Of a DNA stretch of 64,000 bases, positions 53,270 through 64,000 are shown piece by piece (within the stretch, counting starts at the first letter, position 1; each line of letters begins with the position of its first letter). Source of the DNA: Podarcis erhardii (Eukaryota); NCBI GenBank assembly GCA_964252035.1, contig OZ176200.1. One strand, written 5' to 3'. A program made the position numbers and the translations under genes. Under the pieces are notes generated by a model. It did not search any database, was not told the origin of the DNA, and worked only from the letters and a program-made list of their open reading frames with translations.

Positions 53270-54265
53270 TTCCTGAGGTGCAAGCCTTTGCTGTGTGTAT
53301 GGAGGTTCTGGGGTGTCTAGATGATAAGATCCTCCTCTCAGCCTCGCTAATGTTGTCCAAAGGAAAGGAAAGCAAAACGCCTGGCACCAGCTAGGCTGTA
53401 GGAGTTGCCAGAAGGAGGTGTACAAGGTGGCAGCCAACCATTTTAGGGACTCTACTCTGAATTTGTGTAGGGTTTACTCCTTAACCTCTGTTTCTCCTGA
53501 AGATATCCCATGTAATGGTTCTAGGGGTTGCTCGTGCGTAAGTCGTCGCCACACCTGGGTGAACCCTATTCTGTCTGGACAGCCACTCACCCGTGGCTGT
53601 CTCAGTCGCTGGCAGTATCCGTCAGTGGGCATTTCTTGAACTTCTTCCAGCAAAGAAGCTCTTTGACGCCTAGTCTCCGCCTACTCTCCCTGCGCAGAAG
53701 CCTTCTGCGCAGGGAGGGTGTGGGCAGCGGAGGACCCGTGCTCTCCTCGCTGGTCTCCGGCGAGGAGTCATGGAGCCACCTCGCCGATTCCCCCATCTGC
53801 CCCCCTTCTCCACTGGTGCTACGCTGATTTCCTTCCCCAGAAGATGGGCTGCTTCTCTCCCTCCTGGGACGCTCTCCGTAATCCCTCTGGAGCCCTCCCT
53901 CTCCCTCTCCCTCTGGCTCCGATGGCAGTTCCCTGACATCCCACAAGGAAGGGGAGGTTTAGAATTAGAGTTTTCCTTCTCCTGGATGGGCTACCTTCCG
54001 AGGCTGATGAGCCCCATCTTCCCCTCACTTCCTTCTACAGAGCTTGGAGAAACCACCTTCTTGACTGTTGGACCCACTATTGGTCTTGTCCACTCAGTCC
54101 TCCAGAGCCTTAAGGGAAGGTCCCTAACTCACTGAGGATTCAAGACCCATTGGCTGCCCTCACCTGATTTAACTGGACAGCCGAAGCTGTTCCCAGGATG
54201 TGACAGCTGTTGCATGCTGACCACTTCTAGGAGCCACAGCTGTGTACAGGGTGGGGCTCAAAGGT
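53270..54265 (-). mobile_element. RTE-type 5'-UTR-like interspersed repeat, split by the solo LTR
   Basis: Minus strand GTAGCCCATCCAGGAGAAGGAAAACTCT..AAACC resembles RTE 5' UTR motifs (from recall); continuity restored across the TCCCA TSD; boundaries approximate. Confidence 0.5.
53511..53938 (-). mobile_element. Solo LTR (428 bp, probably Gypsy-like), young
   Basis: TG..CA termini, perfect 5-bp TSD TCCCA (53506-53510, 53939-53943), CpG-rich; strand inferred only from the internal ORF. Confidence 0.88.
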
Positions 54266-55310
54266 GGACAAATAGAAGGGGCATCAGAGGTGCTACCCCG
54301 CCCCTAACACCCAAGCTATTTCTAAGCAGGTGGTACTAAGAAGCAGAGCCTTGTTGGTTGTACTGCCTCTCAGTTAAACTTATCTCTCCAGGGAAGCTCA
54401 CCTGTAACCTATTTTGATTTTTATGTATTGTTAGTGCTAGGCAAAGACTTATTTCAATAATAATAATAATAATAGCCAAGGCATTTCAGCATGATTTGAA
54501 TTGCAATAGTATGATTTTCTGGTGTCTTGATTGTTTTTAGATTAATGCTGCTGCTCCTCCATTTGTTTTTTTCATTGTTGATTTTTTAAATTTATTTTTA
54601 GTCATATAGTTCTATCCTTTTAACAACATATCACCCTGGGGGCTTATGCTGAAAGGCAGCGCATAAATGCATCCATACAAATTTACAGACTAGAGACAGT
54701 GAAACAAAGAGGACCAACTCTGTCTTTATTTGTTGACTGCTGCCATCTCATGTTTGGCAACCATTGGTTTGCATTTTTTAAAAAAGACTTTCTCCCCCTT
54801 TTGTAAAAAAAATAAATAAATACGAAATAATTTATTTATCTAAGAATATTAATGAAGTTAAGTGTTCTCTGAGGATCTGCACATACATTACAAAGAGTAA
54901 ATCAAGCTTGCAGTTAGCAGTTTCTTAGGACTGCAGTCCCATACACATTTACCTGAACATAGTGTGGCTCACTTTTGCACAGGGCTGCAAAATATTGAAT
55001 AGAGCTTGATCACATTTGCATCTGCTGTGATTATGAGATTGCTGAGGGTGTTTGATGCTTGTTGTTTGATCCTTATACAGTGATTTATTTATCTTTTCAA
55101 GACACATCAATAGTACTTTGACAAATGGAACGAATAATGACAGATTTGAAGATAAAAGGTGTTAATAAAAGTGTAGAGAAGAAAAAAATATAATAATCCT
55201 GAGTAACATTTGGTTATTAATAATCTCACAGATCATGGCATAATGTGCCACAGCCCTGAGCAGCCTGCAGCAGATAGAAATTACTTTATTAATATGTTAT
55301 CTACGTGCTG

Positions 55311-55370
55311 TCGTGTTGTTATTAAAAATTAAAACAGGGGTCGTGTTGTTATTAAAAATTAAAACAGGGG
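55311..55370. repeat. Perfect 30-bp tandem duplication
   Basis: TCGTGTTGTTATTAAAAATTAAAACAGGGG x2. Confidence 0.95.
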
Positions 55371-55599
55371 TTTATATACCTTGCAAAATATGCATCTAAA
55401 CATAGGCTGTTTAGTCAGCCAAATGTCCCAGACTAAATGAATAACTAACATAGCAAATTGCTGCATAGTTCATTAGATATAACAAAATGCAGCATGTAAA
55501 CCAGAGTAAGCAGCAATCAAACATCAGACTTGAACACTTATTTCTAAGAAGGTACAAATGATTCAGACTTTTGCTATCCTTCTGTAGTCCATCAGTTTG

Positions 55600-55960
55600 T
55601 AACCTGAAAGCTGGATTACTGTAATGCACTGTATTGCCCTTGGGTCTGGATCAGACGCTCTAGATGTCATAGAACAGGGTGACCAAACTACTGATGTGGG
55701 TATCTGGTTGAGAATATGTGGCATCATCTACTACTGAGCCAGTTCAGGGTCCTTGTATTTCCAAAGTCCTGAATAACTTAGGTCCAGGGTACTGCAGGGA
55801 TCGTCTGAAACTTTATGTCCCAGCTCGATCATGAAAATAATCTGTATGAACATCACTGGTTGTTCCCCAAGTTGGTGAGGCTTATTTGACAGCAACAAGA
55901 AACTGAGACTTTAGTGTTGTCAGCCCAGTCCTGCAGAATGCTCTGCTAATAGAGATTCTG
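55600..55960 (+). mobile_element. Old L2-clade ORF2 C-terminal remnant
   Basis: KLDYCNALY motif, later degraded F.V..P.L.NAL. Confidence 0.55.
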
Positions 55961-56374
55961 TTTTAACTCTTAAACTCCTGCTGAGAACCTCACAAGGACA
56001 TCTGTATTTCAGGGCTCTCAATGCAGATAGGACCATCCCTAAAGGAAGTCACGTGACAAGGCATGCAAGAAAGCACACAATTGGCTAGGTGCCCCCTCCC
56101 ATAGATGCAGCCTCCTGATCTTATCAAAAGTAGCTACTCAGTCAACAACCAACCACTCACTTGCACAGTATGGAGGTTCTTCCTATCTTTGCCACCGACT
56201 TCCATTGGTTCCTAATAAGGATGTGAACCTACAAACTCCCCACACACTGACTTTGACTGCCCTATAGCAGTGGCCACAAGGCATAGCCTCGTGTGGGATT
56301 TGAACCTGGGCCATCTTGCACCCCAATTAAATAAATAAATAATAAATAAACCACTGCTCCCAGACGATGGGTGT

Positions 56375-56468
56375 TCATGTGACATCTCCAGAACCAGTCA
56401 CATGATTCTTGAGTCACATGACCAGTCACATAACCCTGCCACCTCCATGTGATAACTGAATCATGTGC
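56375..56468. promoter_or_regulatory. Homotypic cluster of CATGTG E-boxes (MiT/TFE-type)
   Basis: Five perfect CATGTG/CACATG hexamers, three as TCATGTGA/TCACATGA; function is inference. Confidence 0.4.
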
Positions 56469-58014
56469 TATGGCTTGTCACAGAGTTGGCCCTTGGTTGT
56501 GGAGAACAAACAGCTTCCCCGGTTGACAGAGACAGACCTGCACACAGCACACCTCTCCTAGGAGCCAAACTCGATTTGAAATTTGTCACATAGCTTTGCA
56601 CCTGCCTGGTTGGGATTTTGTTTTCATTTTCTTTAACCAACCGCTAGGGCAGTGAAGCGGAGAGTTGCACATGGCGGGGGTGTGTGTGTTAAAATCCAAT
56701 GGTTCCAGTCAAACCCTGCCACTCTGTCATCTAGTCAGAGGCAATCTTCAAGAGGGATCATAGTGGGGGGAACCTTCATAAGAAAGGGGATCTTATTGTG
56801 CAAAACAGTGTCCAGTTTTAGGCCTGGTGGATTTATAACTCCTGTAGTTGAAGACAAAGTCAAATGGAGTTTCTTTGAAAGTGCAGATACAGCCCGTTTA
56901 TGGCTTCAGATATCCTGCTGTCCCAGTCAATCTTAAAAAAACCTTTAGGAACATTTTGCTGGAAAAAAATAACATGAACGCCGGTTCTCTTTTTGGCATA
57001 CAATTTACCAGCTCCTTTCAGAAGCTGACAAATAGAAAAGTAAGTGTATTATATTGTGAGGCACTACATGCTGTGACTCCTTCAGATTAATGTCAAATAT
57101 ATTAGCTTTAAAGGGACCAAAAAGACAGGCCTGAGGAGCAACACCCTTTATCAGCTGTGTAAATGGATTTCTGTATATATATTTATTGTTCCATGTGCCC
57201 CACTTCCAAGTGGATGTCATAACAGCTAAACAGAACCTCCCAGGATGCCTCTGAACACCAGTCACTGGGGAACAAATATCCAGAGAGGGCTGTTGCCTTT
57301 TACGCTCCACTTACAGGAGTCCCAGGAGCATCTGACTGGCCAAAGCTGAAACAAGATGGTTGAAGATGTGCTAGTGCAAACAGTTGTATACAGATTGATT
57401 CCACAGCTGATTCCGGAAATCCTTGAACATAAGCAGTAGAAATAGCTCTTAAAAGCATAAGAAGAGTCTGCTAGATCAGGCCAATGGCTCTTCTACTCCA
57501 GCATCCTGTTTTCACAGTCAGCAACCAGACACCTGTGGGAAAAGCTACAAGCACAAGAGCCCTCTCTCCTCCTCCGGTTCCCAGTAGCTAGTATTCAGAA
57601 TCATTACTGCCTCTGACTGTGGAGGCATAGCATAGCCATCCTGGTTAGCGACTACTGATAGCTTTCTCTTCCATGAATTTGTCATATCCAGTAAATGTTA
57701 CGCCACTGATGGAATCAGTGAATGCCAGTTTCTGGGAATCACAATTGGGGGGAGCTGAAGTTGTGCACAGATCCTGCTTGTGGGCTTCCAAAAGGCCCCC
57801 AAATGTTAGCTACTGTGGGAACAGGATGGGCCACTAGTCTGATCCAGCCATCTCTTCTTAAGTTCTCAGGTGCACAACCAGAGAGATGCACCAGCATTGG
57901 GAACATTGCTGGCTGGCACTGTCCTGCACATAATCAGTGGAAGCTAATGCATGAAATGATCTATAATACGTGTCTATCAGTGTTGCTGTACAGTCTTGTT
58001 TCAGGCTTTTGATA

Positions 58015-58263
58015 CAGTAGTGCCTTGGAAGTCGAACAGAATCCATTCCAGAAGTGCATTCGACTTCCAAAACATTCAGAAACAAAAGCGCAGCTTCTGA
58101 TTGGCTGCAGGAAGCTCCTGCAGCCTATCGGAAGCCACGGGAGCCCAATGGATGTTTGGGTTCCAAAGAATGTTTGCAAACCGGAACACTCACTTCTGGG
58201 TTTGCGGCGTTCGGGAGCCAAAACATTCGACTTGCAAGGTGTTCGGGATCCAAGGTATGACTG
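58015..58263. mobile_element. Tigger-like MITE, family B
   Basis: TA-CAGTAGTGCCTTGG ... CCAAGGTATGACTG-TA; internal inverted CTTCTGATTGGCTGCAGG..CCTGCAGCCTATCGGAAG. Confidence 0.8.
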
Positions 58264-59319
58264 TACTAGAATTGTGGGTATGATTTTACATTGGCCTAGC
58301 CCTACTCTCTCTGTGTATGTGTGTGTGTGCTTCTGTGCACACCTAACCACAGAAGTGATTTGACATTGATGGGATCTTCTGAAAAAACTGTGTGCCAATG
58401 CAGAATATTAAACGGAGTGTTGGACCTGGGAAGCTCAGTGCATCTTGGGTCAGAAACTGCCTTTCATTCTACTCTCCTGTACACATGGTCACTATGCAGA
58501 TAGAATGAAAGGAAAACCCATTTACGGTGTCTTGGCCTCCTTGAGAAAGGTCAGGATACAGAGGAGACAAAGCATTGGAGATTATTTTGGCATGGCTAAA
58601 TGATATCCCGTTTTAAGGAAGGCCAACTGCTCCCATCTGTTGCCTCCTGCTTCTTACATCTGTTGAGATTTATATAGTCACACCTTAAAGGGAAAAAGTT
58701 ATTCCTCACCACCTGTGGTTCAGCAAAATGACATCCCGGTCCTATACATAGTTGGGCACAGCAAAGTTCAGCAGAGTCAAGAGGCTTAAAAATAGATCTA
58801 AACATGCTTAAAGAGTCCTAAAACTGCATTGGTTCTGGCAGCACACAAATGTTAAGTTACACTATTCTTTCCTTCCTTGAAGAGCACAAAAGACTTTAAA
58901 TCCATCTGCCCTGAAAATATGCCCAGACCACAAGAATTTTCAAAAGCAGTGTAACACCTGTAAGTGGAGGGAGAATGAAACGGTGAAAGCCAAGAGACAG
59001 AATATTCCTTATATGGTTCTTTGCTGTGAAGTTTGTCTGGAAGGGGGGTGGGTGGAGGTTTGAGAGATATTATCAAGCTGCTCACTCAACATGAAAAGGA
59101 AAGGCATTCACATATTTGTCTACCGTGCACGCAGGTCTTACTAAATGCACTCCCCATTTCCTTTATGGGTCTATCGACCGGGTCCAGCCTGAAAACAAAT
59201 TATCTGTAAGTGAAACTAGGCTCAACGATTGCAGGATCAATTGAGCTGTAAGCATTTGCCACGATGTAAATGTTGGAATACATGAGCGTTTTGAAACCAG
59301 AATGCTACTAGATAAACAA

Positions 59320-59368
<49 letters not shown>
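59320..59368. repeat. (AAT)n microsatellite
   Basis: Directly visible. Confidence 0.95.
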
Positions 59369-59370
<2 letters not shown>

Positions 59371-60359
59371 CAGTTCTGATACAAAGTGAAGCAATCGATG
59401 GTGGAGAAGGAAGGAGAACAGGCTGTCTTCAAAGTACTAAGGATGGAGGAAAGATGTATAACATTGAAGGTTTCTCCCTCCCCACCCTCACCTGAGGGCC
59501 TTTCCTTGTGGGTGTCTCTTAGGGGGTTAACAGCCTTAAAATACACTTAATGCTATGAGAGGAAGCTGCTGGATCTAGTCCAGCATCCTTTTTTTGCAGT
59601 GCAATAAGTGGATTTAGCAGGTACACAGGAGAGGCAATACCAAGACTTTGGAATCCCTTTTCCTAGGAAGTGGGGTGGAGAGGCAAAATCCCTTCATTTT
59701 TTAATTTGGTTTTTGATCTGTCAGTTGCTTTTAATGGAACACCTTCCCATCAGATGTCAAGGAGATGAGTAACTATATAACCTTTAGAAGACAGTTGAAG
59801 ACTGCCCTGTATAGGGAAGCTTTTAAATGTTTTTTTAAATGTTTTATATATGTTGGAAGATGTGTGCTTTTTAAAAAGGCGTGCTTTTAATCCATTTTAC
59901 CTTGTATCTTGATGAATTTCTTTTCTATTGATATTCGTCACCTTGATCAATGGGATATGCAAGTTCTTAATAAATGCACTATTCAGAATCTGCATGTGCC
60001 ATAATTCTGATGAAAACTAAGACAATTTGCAGGTGCAGTTTTATAGATTTGTAGCACAACCAAGAGCACCTCCAGATAAGCTGTTTATTGAGCGTTCCTT
60101 CTGATTTGCTTGTGGGGAGATTATACAGCTTCTCATCAATCAGTCATTTATCCCACACTTTTAAATGCATTTCCATGCCACATTCCTAACCATAAAATGT
60201 CTGGGTTTTCTTTTTTAAAATAGGTTTCATTACACTGGAGTCCTTTAATCCACTTTAATTTCATAAACCTAAATTTCCAGTATGAGATTGAATATCTCCT
60301 GCAAAAATACTGACAGTCAGGAGGTGACCCTGGAAATTCCTAAACAATTATCACTAGAT

Positions 60360-60495
60360 CAGTCATCCCCAAACTCGGCCCTCCAGCTGTTTTGGGACTA
60401 CAACTCCCATCATCCCTAGCTAACAGGACCAGTGGTCAGGGATGATGGGAACTGTAGTCCCAACACAGCTGGAGGGCCAAGTTTGGGGGTGCCTG
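60360..60495. mobile_element. hAT (Charlie-type) palindromic MITE
   Basis: Near-complete hairpin; TSD CACTAGAT / CACTAGAA (7 of 8). Confidence 0.85.
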
Positions 60496-61746
60496 CACTA
60501 GAAAGTGGCTTGGAGTATTCGATATCTACCTGAACAAATATCAGAACTACTAAAATTAGAAATACAGTGCCTCTTTAAAAGGATTCCCCCCCCCCCACGA
60601 TTCCAGACTGTGCAAAATAATGGATGTCATCACTACTTCAATGAGGAAAACACTGTTTTTACTATCAGTATTTAAATATATATATTTAATGCTTTTATTT
60701 AAATACTCTGATGTCAGCATGCTTAAAGAGGTAAATGTTTACATCCAGCAATGGTGTGTGGTTTGGACTGTTGAAATATTTCTCCACAGAATGTCCTGTC
60801 TTGTTAGCAATGGGACTAGATTGATGAGTTCAAAAATGTGCATAGACCATTTATATTTTTACCTGCTCATCATATATTGCTGGCAGACTTTTCACACCAC
60901 AGAACAAAGCTTTCTTTGAGGGATATGCCTCTGAAAAGAACCTCCACCTTCCAGGTGTGCAGAGCTATGTTCAGTCATATATACAGTAGGACACATTTTG
61001 TGATGGAATTCAGTGCTTCAGGAGTAGCATCCTCGGAGTAGAATAAATGTCCTGGCAATGCACAGGAATGAACATCTTGACAATCTGGGGGGTTTAGTGA
61101 AGAATCACACAAGCACAGAGTAGAAGCTGGCTGCACTACATGTTAGTATATTTAAATGATATAATTTAAATACTCCTTTATTTCAAGGGAAACCTCTTTC
61201 ATATCATGGATTTTTTTAAAAAGCAATTAGATTCCTTGCTGTTAAATCTAGAACTGGCTTTAGCTTTTGTGTTGGCTGAGATTTTCCTGTTATTTCTTGA
61301 AACCAAACCAGGCTTTAGATGTTATAGTTTTACATTCATATTCCACCTTTCATCCCTAGGAATGCAGGCATTTGCTTTCTTAATATATACACAAGAATAG
61401 CAAAAGTGGAGGCAAATGGGCATTCTTACTTTGGACAGAAGGTTCCCAGAAGGTTCAATTAAATCTCATGAAAGCTCACCAGTCTCTCTGATGCCTGCAT
61501 AGTCTCTCAGATGGCCTGCACACTTTGCAGGCCATTGATTTCAAACACCACCCCCGCTAGTAGATTGTTCATTTTATTAATTTATATCCCACCTAAGAAC
61601 CTCAAAGCACCACAAGGGAGTTTATCAGTGTTTCATCGCAGCAGCTCTGTGTGGTAGGCAAAGCTGAGGGATAGTGACTGGCTTAAGGTCACTGAGTGAG
61701 CTTCACGGTGGGTAGGGGATCCTACAATAGGCTGTTTACATGTCCA

Positions 61747-62902
61747 TGTTCAAAGGGATTTACTGTAACCATTGATTGGTGGTCACAGGAAACCCCTTGG
61801 AGGTCTGCTTTCAGCTGTGGTTTCGATCCATGCCACACTGGGGGGGGGGGAGCAGGGCTCACTGACAGCACCCATCAACACCATCAGCAAACCTCACTTA
61901 AAAATGAAACAATGGGAGTTTACCTTAAGCTCCCAATTGCTCCTGTAGAGAGTTACTGCCCTGGTAGGTAGGTGGCCATGGTTTGGAGGAAACAGCCTCA
62001 GGAGCCTAATTCGGCCCACAGGGAAGTGGTTCCGCACTTCTGTCCTACACAAGCTGTTTAATCTGAAGCCACAACACCACACTGGCAATTCCCAGGACTG
62101 CCTTAATCACACCCTTAATCGGGTCCTCCCTTAAAGAGGTCACGTATTGCGGTGAGACCAGGACAACCGACACCCTGTGTTGTGGGTGGGTATGATTGGT
62201 CAGCCACAACACCTGATTGGTAGGTCCCTTGAAGCTGGGTACAATCTGGCCAATGGGACGCAGTCCAGATGGTTCGAGGGACTTATTTATGCCCATGCAC
62301 ATGACCCAGAGCTTCCTCTTTTGGCTCGTGCATCGGTACACCCACCCGCCTCTCCCTACTTTAGGGCTTGTTGCGCTTGACCTTGCTATGCCGTCGTGTG
62401 TCGTCTGTTGTTGGGACAGGGGCACGGCAGGAATTTTCCCCACTTGGCTGATTGGCTGTTGCCATTTGGGTTTCACCTGCTGCATAGCAAATCATCACAA
62501 CTTGTAAGGTTGTGGATAGGCTCTGGTTCAGGTGATAGGGATGGGAGAACGCTCTCACCATCCCTATGTAAAGGGTATTCCGTTAAAGGAATCCGGGGAC
62601 TCGATGGTTTGGTCAGCCCCTGAGAGGGGGTTGTGCCTGTGCCTGAGTCCTGGGGGACATTTGGGTGGTGGAGTTAGCCCGTTCCCAGCTTTCCGCTTAT
62701 CCAGGTGTTCACCCTTGGCTGACCTATGCTGGAACCTTGGGGCAGCGCTACCTGCATGGCAGGGAGCTAGTCGAACCAGAGCCTATGCAACCAATTACTT
62801 TCTGTAATCAATAAAGTTGTGGCCTAAATTCTGCCAAAAAAGCAAACCAAAATTTGAGTCATGTGTGAATTTATTTAGGGGGGAGTTTTCTGGGTCTGAA
62901 CA
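61747..62902 (+). mobile_element. Solo LTR-like element (~1.15 kb)
   Basis: TGTTCA...TGAACA termini, flanks TCCA/TGCA (3 of 4), three CCAAT boxes at ~62195-62255, TATA-like TTATTTAT at ~62283, AATAAA at 62810-62815; left boundary uncertain (alternative 61944). Confidence 0.65.
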
Positions 62903-64000
62903 TGCAAACACTATTTTGTCTAAAGCCAGTCCCGTTTGCCCATATAACAACAACAACAATTATACTGGTCAAACCTACACCAATATAATCCATTCAGCTT
63001 TGAATTTATTCATTTTCTCTGTTGGGCTGTAACTTGTGCCCCCTGAAACTCAAACGCAAAAGAAACCCAGAATATTGACATCTCTCTTTCTGCATAATCC
63101 TCAAGGCAAACTGAGAAAATAAGAGAAAGACGAACACAAAGGCCAACTGTGCCCAACAAAGAAGTCGCTCCCAACGAAATGAGATCATCAACACTGGGTT
63201 GACAATCCCAGATCACCTAAGCAGATTATCTTACAGAGCGCTGTAAGTGCGTGCCAAGTGGAAGGGAGCCTAATGGATTGATCTCATGAAAGAGAAATGA
63301 AGCCACCTGAACCAGGAAATGTACAAAGTTACAAGAAACACAATGATGAAAGCATTTTAAGGAGCTTGGCACTGGATTGCTTTTACCCACGAAGAAAATG
63401 GGGGGGGGGGGCTAACCTTGCCCCTAAAGACTCCTGCAGATTTTTATTAGCTCATTTTTTCCCTTCCTTTTATTCCTACCTGTTCGCTCTTTGCTTTATG
63501 TTATACCCATACCTTACTTAAATTAAGGGCTCCCAAAATGTGATTGCTGAAATATTCCTGGAAACCAAGTAGAAAAGTCACACAAATCAAGCCCAACTCT
63601 CTAGGTGTGAAGGACCTAGTCTTTTCTGATAGGGGAGTAGTCATAGTTGTTCTAGCATCCCCTGGCTTTAACACCAATGGAGTAACCAGAGAAAGTTTTA
63701 TTTATTTATTTGCAGATTTATAATATGCTGCAAAACTGAAAATTACCAAAGCTATGCATGATAAAATAAAATGCAAAGATTAGAATGCAAAATATTACAA
63801 GCTCAATAAACTTAAAACCATGTCTATGACTGAATAATTATTATTCCATAAGAAGACTGGGCCACACTTCAAGGAAAGCCATTTTAAGCACAACTGTCTT
63901 AGCAGCCACCTAAATATCAAGGCATTAGGTGCTTGTCTAATTTCAGCTGTTAACTCGTTCAAAAGGGCTGAAGCTGCAACCTTAAAAACACTCTCTGAAG

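Noticed and set aside
54120-54260. HDV-like or twister ribozyme in the RTE 5'-UTR-like repeat
   Set aside because: Could not build either topology from this degraded copy
61894-62807. Overlapping ORFs up to 146 aa
   Set aside because: Within the LTR-like element; no recognisable motifs and open on both strands
1-64000. CRISPR arrays, operons, rRNA
   Set aside because: No repeat-spacer arrays or prokaryotic gene density; the window is vertebrate DNA

Overview
Vertebrate, repeat-rich, essentially non-coding DNA (large intron or intergenic). The repeat families (Sauria SINE, BovB with a CGACTAAACGACTAAAC(AAC)n tail, CR1, L2, L1, Tigger- and hAT-type MITEs, Penelope-like element) point to a squamate, probably a lacertid lizard; this is inference. 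I could not identify a host gene, and only low-confidence candidate exons are reported. Best-supported unusual observations: (1) a complete minimal type I hammerhead ribozyme at 12140-12179 inside a TSD-flanked Penelope-like inverted repeat that could sequester it in an ~80-bp hairpin; (2) a TSD-flanked L1 insertion at 9840-10507 whose 5' end is inverted (twin priming), splitting the ORF2 zinc knuckle between the two strands; (3) a 428-bp solo LTR at 53511-53938 open for 111 codons from its second base, with three hairpins, nested in an RTE 5'-UTR-like repeat; (4) a second ~1.15-kb LTR-like element with an apparently long, hairpin-rich R region; (5) five CATGTG (MiT/TFE-type) E-boxes within ~92 bp. 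Element family names come from recall, not from a database search. There are no CRISPR arrays or prokaryotic features, and no bona fide rRNA or tRNA genes.
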